This document shows positions 1-7,268 of a stretch of DNA of 9,242 nucleotides, piece by piece (the stretch's first letter is position 1; each line of letters begins with the position of its first letter). Below the pieces are notes generated by a model. The model was not told the origin of the DNA and searched no databases. It saw only the letters and a program-made list of their open reading frames with translations. A program made the translations under genes and the position numbers. Source of the stretch: a candidate division WOR-3 bacterium (GTDB lineage Bacteria; Hydrothermota; Tepidihabitantia; Tepidihabitantales; CAIPLT01); NCBI GenBank assembly GCA_965649215.1, contig CBFGJZ010000037.1, positions 1-9,242 of the forward strand. Reading direction: 5' to 3'.

Positions 1-114
1 CCAATATTCAGCGGTATTGCCACCGCCGAACTGAATTGTTTGTCCATACAGCGCCCAACTCCCGAAAACAATAAGTAAACTAAAGACAAAGAATAATTTA
101 TTTTTTACTGTCAT
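1..114 (-). CDS. 5' end of an exported protein, truncated by the window edge; possibly an outer-membrane protein
   Basis: Not in the ORF track. ATG at 112-114 overlaps the end of the upstream TlpA-like gene. The frame stays open to base 1 and reads MTVKNKLFFVFSLLIVFGSWALYGQTIQFGGGNTAEYW, with a basic N-terminus, hydrophobic core and likely cleavage before QT. Confidence 0.7.
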   Translation of the reverse strand, partial: MTVKNKLFFVFSLLIVFGSWALYGQTIQFGGGNTAEYW

Positions 115-625
115 CGCATTTTTTAGTTAATTCTCTAATCTTTTCCATAACTTTTTTCTCATCACCTGGCTTATAACCCTGATGGGTAAATATAATCTTC
201 TTGTTCTGGTCAACAATGAAAAAAGTGGGCATTACCTGCACATTATATGATTTACGCAGCTTATTTTCAGGATCTAAAACAATCTGATATTGCCATTTAT
301 GGCCTGCGGCAAAAGATTTAACTTCATCTTTGGACTTTGCTTTATCTTGGCTGATCGCTAAAAAACTAATACCCAATGAATCTATCTCTGGATAGTAAGG
401 TTTTAAGGCATCAAGTTCTTTAATACACATCTTACACCATAATGCCCAAAAACTCATTATCACGGGGCCCTTTTTGATGAGTGAATCAAGCACAACTAAC
501 TTACCATTAATATCATAAAGACTAAAACTGCTTGCATCTTTAAGAGTTATGGTCTTATCTTCTGCGTGCAGTCCTGCACTGATTAATAGTAATATTGATA
601 TTAAAGTTATAATTATCTTTTTCAT
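98..625 (-). CDS. TlpA/ResA-family thiol-disulfide oxidoreductase (redoxin), exported
   Basis: Motifs FSLYDING, SFWALWCKMCIKE (WCxxC), cis-Pro loop VMPTFFIVD and HQGY. Signal peptide MKKIIITLISILLLISAGLHA. ATG at 625, preceded by GGAG, is preferred over the track's start at 637. Confidence 0.9.
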   Translation of the reverse strand: MKKIIITLISILLLISAGLHAEDKTITLKDASSFSLYDINGKLVVLDSLIKKGPVIMSFWALWCKMCIKELDALKPYYPEIDSLGISFLAISQDKAKSKDEVKSFAAGHKWQYQIVLDPENKLRKSYNVQVMPTFFIVDQNKKIIFTHQGYKPGDEKKVMEKIRELTKKCDDSKK

Positions 626-626
626 A

Positions 627-1337
627 TCACTCCACAAACTTGGTTTTTATTGCTTGTAATATTTTTTTACTTTGTCGATCTTGCAGAAAAACAACTCCTC
701 GCATTTTAGGCGGGGCAATGTTGTGATTAAAATTAATAATTGTATCTAAACTATCTGGATAACTAACATTAATGGGTATCGTCGTGAGTTGTCTTACGAC
801 AAAATTAAAAGTACCCCCGAGATCACCTCGGATGCTATCCTCGCATATCGCAATAAAGGCGTAAACTGAATCGTGCCGAATGGTATCCGCAGCACCTATC
901 TTCAGGTGTAATTGACCGCTATTAACCGTCACACTACCCGTTAATTCTAAATTGTAACTTGGCACAATTGATTTGGCAACAATATAGTGCTGATTAAAAA
1001 CTGTATCATAAGCATTGGGATTATTCTCAAAAACAACATCTGTCCCATCAAAAACTACGGTTGGATAAGCTAAAATATTATAATAATTCATTCGTTCTTG
1101 AATCTGGGGTAGTTCAGGTTGTACAGAATGATTATAAGAGACAATCACTATTGAATCTCCATAATTAGTATGCAATTGAACAAGCGACTGCTCCGCAGCC
1201 GCACAAAAAGGTCAACCATCCTCAGTAAAAAACTCAACTAAAACAACGCGATTAGTTGGTGTCGGCAAGATGCGCGGTGCTTCCGAACAAAAAACAAAAA
1301 ACAGCGGTAATAACAATAAAAATCTCTCTATCTTCAT
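627..1337 (-). CDS. Omp28-like thioredoxin-fold selenoprotein, predicted lipoprotein, UxxC (U42-P-F-C), 236 aa
   Basis: The track ORF 627..1175 extends in frame through TGA at 1212-1214 to ATG 1337: MKIERFLLLLPLFFVFCSEAPRILPTPTNRVVLVEFFTEDG-U-PFCAAAEQSLVQLHTNYG. U occupies the first Cys position of a thioredoxin CxxC after the RVVLVEFFT strand. Later motifs YPTVVFDG and ICEDSI...FVVR. A SECIS-like hairpin follows the UGA. Confidence 0.88.
1184..1202 (-). promoter_or_regulatory. SECIS-like hairpin for UGA 1212-1214
   Basis: GCGGCUGC-GGA-GCAGUCGC: 8-bp stem (one G-U) with a G-containing loop, starting 9 nt after the UGA; GC-rich in an AT-rich gene. Confidence 0.75.
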
Positions 1338-1343
1338 TCTATT

Positions 1344-1371
1344 ATTATAACTCCGATATCTTTAATGTCAA
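1344..1371 (-). promoter_or_regulatory. sigma-70-type promoter, probably giving a leaderless mRNA
   Basis: TTGACA (1371-1366), 16 nt, TATAAT (1349-1344), then 6 nt to the ATG at 1337. Confidence 0.7.
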
Positions 1372-1376
1372 TTTAT

Positions 1377-2027
1377 TTACTTAACTTTAAGTTCGATGTC
1401 GTCAGCAAGGACCCTTGCTTCACATGAAGCACCTCAGCATCCATTGGTTGTATCCATAACAACAATTTGAAGCTTTTTTATATCCGAAACAGTAATTCCG
1501 GATAAGTGACTCAATTCTTCGCTAATCTTAAAGCTGTAATTGTACCAGCTGTCCATATGTGGTACATTTATTAAATGTAGCGTGCTAGTATTTTGCCAAG
1601 GGCAATGCGCTGTTTTAGAGACGATACGGGTTTCACCTAATAATTGGTAGCTGTCATTTAAATATCTTAAACAAATTGCCGCGGCTGCCCAATAAGAAGC
1701 ATTGGGGTTATATTCAATTGCTCGTAAATTTGCTTTCGCAGAAAACTGAAGATCACTTGTTGGAAAATCTATGGTCTGGTACAATTTAATGTGTCCGGCA
1801 TTGATCTTTTCTATAACTAACTCAAAATCATTATCTCCATCTAAGTTTTGATAGCGAGCAATCTCGTCTGAATAATTTAATCCGGAAGTATTCCTTTGCC
1901 ACCCGCTATTTAAGTCTTGCTCAAAATCACCATTAACAATCACTTTATTTATTATTGGCGATGAAGAATTACGATGGCAAGCACTAACAATAATAAAAAT
2001 TACTAATAGAAAAAAAGTTTTACGCAA
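1377..2027 (-). CDS. Lipoprotein with CBM4/9-like jelly-roll domain, selenoprotein with C-U198-GAS-C motif, 216 aa
   Basis: TTG start and lipoprotein signal MRKTFFLLVIFIIVSA-C. NGDFEQ...W opens the domain. The track stop TGA (1434-1436) is followed in frame by GASCEARVLADDIELKVK-TAA(1377), which matches the post-UGA sequence of the paralog (SGHCMARVLADDVAL). A SECIS-like hairpin is present. Confidence 0.87.
1404..1419 (-). promoter_or_regulatory. SECIS-like hairpin for UGA 1434-1436
   Basis: AGCAAG-GGUC-CUUGCU, starting 14 nt after the UGA, with possible lower pairing AUGU/ACAU. Spacing and loop are identical to the paralog's hairpin, with compensatory stem changes. Confidence 0.85.
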
Positions 2028-2036
2028 TTACCTTAA

Positions 2037-3950
2037 TTATTCCACTAATACTACTCGATAGCTAACTTTCTTGTGGTTATCAAGTACTAAATCAATGAAA
2101 TACACACCTGAATTTAGTTTCTGATTGTAGTCGTCTTTGCCATCCCACACTACAATATTTTCTTGATTATTTTTAGTATTTATAGTTTTAACACAATTAC
2201 CTAGTGTATTATAAATCCGCACTTTAATCTCTCGATGATTATCTGCTGAATATTGAAAATAAACCTGCTTACCAATTTTGATTGGATTAGGATAAATTCT
2301 AAATTGAGTTGAACTAATTTGGGTTTGGGGTGTTTCTTGAATGCCTGACAAGGTTATACCAAAAAATTTCATTATAGAATCAAGCAATATCTGTTTTGTC
2401 GAAGGTGCCGTACCATCTACCAAACTACCAAACTCAAACGAAACACCGATTGTCCGATAATTACCTGCATTATAAGCAACGCCACAATTATAACTATTAT
2501 TGCCGTCTTGGAATATCACATAACCAGTTGTCGCATTAATCCGATCCATATAGTTATTTTCTCCTGAATAATTGAAGTCCATTCCTGCAGTAAAAGTGTT
2601 ACTTACACCGATAACCGGTCCCATATCGCCGCTGCCATCGCTTACCCCAACTAAACCAAACATCGTATTAAAATTATGTCCGCCCACTTGTGGGTCATAA
2701 TACCAGACTTCGCCTCCTTCCATGTAAACTCGACCACCGCTGTTAAGATAATTAATTATCGCAGTTGCCTCAGCACCATTGGCAGCAATCCGATAATTAT
2801 TCGGGTAGACACCACAACAAACAAAGATCGACCGATAAATATCTAAGGTCGGTTCCGCAAGTAAATTAGTTGTAATCGCCCCAGTATAGCCATTAAAAGT
2901 TAAAAGATTGTGAATCGTTTGACCTGATGAAGGTGTGATATCTGGGTTCCAAACCAAATAATGATAAGAACCAACCACCAACGTGAAATTAAAGGTATCA
3001 GAAAAACTCCCTTCACTTGCAATTAATCTAAATACCGCATTGTGTCCCTGGGGACAAGAAGTGGAAACTGTAATTTGATAAGGATCCGCTGTATTCTCTT
3101 TAATGCTATCAATTAAAATACTTCCAAAATAGCCGCTATTATCGTTGATCGTTATATAGGGACTGCTACTCTGAAGGGTGGTGTTTAAATTGTTAAAATT
3201 AGCGCCACCAATATTGCGGAGAAGCGCGGTTAGATTAACGGTTTCACCTGGATCTAAACGCCCATTATTATTGCCACTTCCATCATAAACATTAGCTTTA
3301 ATAAAGCTCAAGTAATGATTGGTGCCATTATAATTTAAGGCCACATCATCGGCGAGGACCCTCGCCATACAATGACCACTTCAGCACCCATTGGTTGTAT
3401 CTAATAGAGCAATTTGAACTTTTCTAATTTGGGTTGGATTTACTCCTGGTAAATTAGCAAGTTCGTTATTTAAGTTAAAACTATAATTATACCAGTTATT
3501 CGGGTCCGTAACATTAATTAGATGAATCGTACTGGTACTTGTCCAAGGACTATGCGGGGTTTTGTAAGCAATACGGGTTTCGCCAAGTTGATTACCGTTT
3601 GCGTCCAGATATCTTAAACAAATCGCTGCGGCTGCCCAATAAGTTGCAGTTGGAGTATATTCAAGGGCATACAATTTTGCAGTAACCGAAAAATCCAAGT
3701 CAGTTGTGGGAATATTCACCGTTTGATATAATTTTGCATATATTTCATCATATTTTTTAACTCTTACCTCATAATCAGGATCAAGATCAAAATAAGTTTG
3801 ACGATCAATCGTATCTGAAGTATTCTGAAGTCCAAAAGCACTTGACCAACCAATATTCAAGGGTTGTTCAAAATCGCCATTTGTTAACAAACGTCCACCC
3901 AGACCAATACTTATTATTGATAAGAACAAGATCAAAAACTTTACCCTCAT
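2037..3950 (-). CDS. Secreted multidomain selenoprotein, 637 aa: CBM-like domain with C-U190-SGH-C, Ig-like domain, alpha/beta domain and C-terminal T9SS/FlgD-Ig-like sorting domain
   Basis: Track ORFs 3381..3965 and 2037..3368 are in one frame, separated only by TGA-AGT-GGT-CAT-TGT. ATG 3950 has AAGGAG 6 nt upstream and a signal peptide MRVKFLILFLSIISIGLG. Internal GNNNGRLDPGETVNL and YLNSGGRVYMEGGE segments. The C-terminus has IYPNP...IYNTLG...WDGKD...SGVYF. Confidence 0.87.
3339..3377 (-). promoter_or_regulatory. SECIS-like hairpin for UGA 3381-3383
   Basis: Upper stem GGCGAG-GGUC-CUCGCC (3366-3351) starts 14 nt after the UGA; possible lower stem GGUCAU/GUGGCC. Confidence 0.85.
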
Positions 3951-3967
3951 CGGGAACTCCTTCAATT

Positions 3968-5017
3968 TTATTTCAGTATTATTTTTCCTATTTTAGAGCC
4001 GGCGTCGCATTCAAACCGATAAAAATAAGTACCAGCACTCACCGAGTTAGAAAAATCACATTTCACCGATTCGTTATTACTACGAGTAACGCCTGATATT
4101 GTTTTCACATTTCGACCACTAATATCAAAGATTGTAATTTTATATTTACTTCCTTGGTTTAAAGCAAAAGTAAACCATACCTGATTATGAGCAGGATTTG
4201 GTGAAACTGAAATTGGATAATTATTAATTTTGCTTTGGTTGGGTTCTTCAACACCTGTTAAATTTAAATCTAGAAGTTTTATTTTTGCACCTTGATTAAT
4301 TCGTTTCGTAATATTCACATTCATTGGATCTTGAATCATCGCAATTATTTCAACTCGGCTTTCAACCCATCCCGATGCAATTGAAAACGGATAACTGACG
4401 GTTATGGAATCCTGGTAGTTTAAAGTTACTGGTGTACCAATATGGTCAGGCAGATAGTCGCGTGCGACATGATTATGCCACTGGTCACCATTAGGTGTTT
4501 GTCGATAAATACTATCTTCTGTAATTACAAATAATACATTGTGCTGTAAAGTCGTTACAGTATCACTGATAAAACGTACATAGATTGTACCTGTTCGAGT
4601 TGCTTGATTATAATCTCCCCAAATTCGTGCATTAATACGTGATTCCACTGCTGCCCGCTGTAATATTAAATTTTCCCAATTCGAATAACTACTACCTGCG
4701 CTATAGTCGCCATCTATCCACAACCATGGGGTATAATAAGTTGTACCCGGCATGGGTAGATAAAAAAATCGGTTGCGTGCTTTTAATAAATACATTCCAT
4801 AACTTGCATAACTAGAATTGACATGCATTTCCACCGCTGCCGTTGCTCGGGGATAATTATATGAGATTTGTGCCAGTACACTACTGGCCGTAACACAAGA
4901 AGCTCAGCCCTCTGAATATGCTTCTTCGCAAACCACTACGCGATCATATGCTTGAATTGAAGCAATGAGCCCCAATCCAACAATTATTAATAGGGTACTA
5001 AATAATTTATTAATCAT
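3968..5017 (-). CDS. Omp28-like thioredoxin-fold selenoprotein, UxxC (U38-A-S-C), with signal peptide and C-terminal T9SS-like sorting domain, 349 aa
   Basis: The track ORF 3968..4834 extends in frame through TGA at 4904-4906 to ATG 5017: MINKLFSTLLIIVGLGLIASIQAYDRVVVCEEAYSEG-U-ASCVTASSVLAQISYNYPRATAAVEMH. Motifs YTPWLWIDG and VITEDSI...HNHVARD. The C-terminus has VSPNP...IFDISGR...AGTYF...KI. GGGGG lies just upstream of the ATG. Confidence 0.88.
4868..4898 (-). promoter_or_regulatory. SECIS-like hairpin for UGA 4904-4906
   Basis: GCCAGUA-GUG-UACUGGC (4888-4872): perfect 7-bp stem with GU in the loop, starting 15 nt after the UGA; possible lower pairing UUGU/ACAA. Confidence 0.78.
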
Positions 5018-5041
5018 AATGCCCCCATTCTTTAATAGATT

Positions 5042-5070
5042 ATTTTATCAATCATTTTTTATATTGTCAA
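5042..5070 (-). promoter_or_regulatory. sigma-70-type promoter of the selenoprotein operon
   Basis: TTGACA (5070-5065), 17 nt, TAAAAT (5047-5042), with an extended -10 TG. Confidence 0.7.
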
Positions 5071-5087
5071 TGCTTTATTAAGCAAAC

Positions 5088-5116
5088 TTGACTATTAACA
5101 AATTATATTCTAAACT
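5088..5116 (+). promoter_or_regulatory. sigma-70-type promoter of tRNA-Sec
   Basis: TTGACT (5088-5093), 17 nt, TAAACT (5111-5116), ending 18 nt before the tRNA 5' end. Confidence 0.65.
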
Positions 5117-5134
5117 AAAAGAGTAACACCCGTC

Positions 5135-5228
5135 GGAGGCGGATGGGTGCTGGTGTGCCTGCTGGACTTCAAATCCAGGTGTTCTTCGAAAGGAGAACGG
5201 TAGGTTCGATTCCTACACGCCTCCGCCA
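5135..5228 (+). tRNA. selC: tRNA-Sec (anticodon UCA)
   Basis: 94 nt. Acceptor GGAGGCG(G)/(A)CGCCTCC-G-CCA; 6-bp D stem GGGTGC-TGGT-GTGCCT; anticodon arm CTGGA-CTTCAAA-TCCAG with TCA at 5169-5171; long variable arm GTTCTTC-GAAA-GGAGAAC; T arm GTAGG-TTCGATT-CCTAC. Adjacent to selB. Confidence 0.97.
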
Positions 5229-5231
5229 ATA

Positions 5232-7262
5232 TTAAATTTTATTTATAATTTTAAGCGAAAGCGTCCTCACATCTCCTTGTCGGACGGTAATCCCTTTAGA
5301 ATCAAAATAAATTAAAAGGGGTAGGACCGCTCGTCGACTGGCATTTAGTAAATCCCTAAATTGTGAAACTCTTATTTCTTTGTTGTGCTTTAAGAATTCA
5401 ATCAATTTTAACTCTGCTTCTTTAACATATTTGTGATGCAAAACTAAGCCCTCGCCAATATTAATTAAGATTTTATTGTCAAGCAAATACTGATAAGCTT
5501 TTTTAATATCATTCTCTTTGCCAATTATTTTCGATTTCACATCCTTAAAATCAAGCGGTTGAAACTTTTGTGCTAATATCAATTTTTCAATTCTTTCAAC
5601 ATAGTCGGCAATAGTTTTCTCTAAAGCCACCTTAAATTCACTAAGATATATTTTTTTATCTGCTGAAATTTTAATTACTCCNNNNNNNNNNNNNNNNNNN
5701 NNNNNNNNNNNNNNNNNNNNNNNNNNNNNNNNNNNNNNNNNNNNNNNNNNNNNNNNNNNNNNNNNNNNNNNNNNNNNNNNATCTTGTTGAAGTTCTTCAA
5801 TTGCCCAGTCAAAAAGTATTTTATCTAAAGCAGGGCTTGCCTTCTTTAATAATTCTAAAGCTGAAATACCAATACTACTCGGATTGTTTTTATGATAATC
5901 TTTTAGCTCTTCAATAATTTTTTGCTTTAATCTTTCTCTATTCTCAGTGTGATAGTATAGTTCTTTTTTTTCATCTAAACACAATACCTTACGCTGAGCA
6001 ATTAACTGTCCCAATAAATCTTTCACTTCATGCATCGGCAGATTAATATCTTTAGCAATTTCAATTGGTTTTTTAGCCAAGTCAAAATTTGTTCTTAAGT
6101 CTTCTTCAACCAAAACTATTGGTTCAGCCGTTTCGGTACGTGCTAAATGGCCTAATAATTCCTCATTATAGCCTTTGATTTTTATAGCTTTTGGTTCTAG
6201 AATAATGCCACCCCCTATGGTTGTTTGAGGCGAATAAGTTCTTATCACAAACCGGTCGTTGATGCCGCAAACCACAGATTCTTCTAAGCGGAATTGGACA
6301 ATCGCTTTATCCCCCGGATTTAATAATTTCTTATCCAGAAGCACAACTCGACCTAACACTTCTTTAGTACCGATATGAATTCGCAATCGTTCAAAGTTTC
6401 TTAGTGGCTTATCAATTCTACTTAACAGGTATAAGGAAGCATTTACAAACATGGATGGTTCATAAAAACCACCTTGCGCTAAAACATCACCTCTTTCAAT
6501 CTCGTCTTTTTCAACGCCCACTAAATTAATTGCCGCCCGAAATCCTGTACCGACTTCGTCTACTTGTTTGTTGTGTACTTCAATCCCTCGTACCTTAACT
6601 ATCTTCTTTTGAGGTAAAAGTTCCAATTCTGCTCCGACTTTGGTTTTCCCTGATAAAATAGTACCAGCCACCACGGTTCCAAACCCCTTAATGGTAAAAC
6701 AACGGTCTATCGGCATTCTAAAAATTCCTCGGTCAATTTTAGTTTCGGTCTCACCAATCAATTTATCTAATATGCGCTTTAGCTCATCAATACCTTCTAA
6801 AGTAACATTTGAAACCGAAACAATTGGCGCACTTTCCAGAAAAGAATTGCGCATTAACTCTTTAACATCATTCATAACAATCTTCAATCGTTCCTCTTTT
6901 ACTAAATCTTTCTTAGTAATCACTACGATTCCTTTTTTAATCGCCAATAGTTTTAAAATTTCTAAATGCTCATAGGTTTGGGGCATAATACCATCATCAG
7001 CCGCAATCACAAATATAACAATATCTACAGTCGAAGCACCGGCTACCATATGTCGAACAAATTTCTCGTGTCCAGGCACATCAATAATCGTAGCATTATC
7101 CCCATAAAAGACGAAACCTAAATCAGTGGTCATACCTCGTTCTTTTTCTTCTTTTAATCGGTCTGGATCCACACCCGTCAAAGCTTTAACTAAAGCGCTT
7201 TTACCATGGTCAATATGACCAGCCGTCCCAATAACAATGTGTCGTTTTATCGTATCAGTCAT
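5232..7262 (-). CDS. selB: Selenocysteine-specific translation elongation factor SelB (contains an assembly gap)
   Basis: [64 protein letters not shown], and a C-terminal winged-helix FRDLLNASR...PLLIYFD...RQGDVR. Located next to selA and selC. Confidence 0.97.
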   Translation of the reverse strand: MTDTIKRHIVIGTAGHIDHGKSALVKALTGVDPDRLKEEKERGMTTDLGFVFYGDNATIIDVPGHEKFVRHMVAGASTVDIVIFVIAADDGIMPQTYEHLEILKLLAIKKGIVVITKKDLVKEERLKIVMNDVKELMRNSFLESAPIVSVSNVTLEGIDELKRILDKLIGETETKIDRGIFRMPIDRCFTIKGFGTVVAGTILSGKTKVGAELELLPQKKIVKVRGIEVHNKQVDEVGTGFRAAINLVGVEKDEIERGDVLAQGGFYEPSMFVNASLYLLSRIDKPLRNFERLRIHIGTKEVLGRVVLLDKKLLNPGDKAIVQFRLEESVVCGINDRFVIRTYSPQTTIGGGIILEPKAIKIKGYNEELLGHLARTETAEPIVLVEEDLRTNFDLAKKPIEIAKDINLPMHEVKDLLGQLIAQRKVLCLDEKKELYYHTENRERLKQKIIEELKDYHKNNPSSIGISALELLKKASPALDKILFDWAIEELQQDXXXXXXXXXXXXXXXXXXXXXXXXXXXXXXXXXGVIKISADKKIYLSEFKVALEKTIADYVERIEKLILAQKFQPLDFKDVKSKIIGKENDIKKAYQYLLDNKILINIGEGLVLHHKYVKEAELKLIEFLKHNKEIRVSQFRDLLNASRRAVLPLLIYFDSKGITVRQGDVRTLSLKIINKI
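5682..5780. other. Assembly gap (99 N)
   Basis: Run of N inside selB. Confidence 0.99.
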
Positions 7263-7268
7263 ATTTTA

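Noticed and set aside
627..629. Terminal TGA of the Omp28-like lipoprotein as a second Sec codon
   Set aside because: No hairpin or Cys motif follows, and the next gene starts 1 nt later with its own SD, so this is an ordinary stop.
3842..4096. Plus-strand 84-aa ORF
   Set aside because: Antisense shadow of two well-supported genes, with no recognisable motifs.
1212..4906. Four genes inactivated by nonsense mutations
   Set aside because: Independent TGAs at equivalent motif positions in two paralog pairs, with intact frames on both sides and covarying hairpins, are not expected from decay.
627..5017. Genome-wide reassignment of UGA to Trp or Gly
   Set aside because: Trp is encoded by TGG in the stretches I translated, the selA and selB frames have no in-frame TGA, all four internal UGAs sit in Cys-type motifs with hairpins, and tRNA-Sec is adjacent.
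5221..5240. Mobile element integrated at selC
   Set aside because: selC is a known integration hotspot, but no integrase or duplicated tRNA 3' end is visible, and selB abuts the tRNA directly.
5682..5780. 33-residue insertion in SelB
   Set aside because: These are N placeholders. The flanks (ELQQD / GVIKIS) read plausibly as nearly contiguous, and the true length is unknown.
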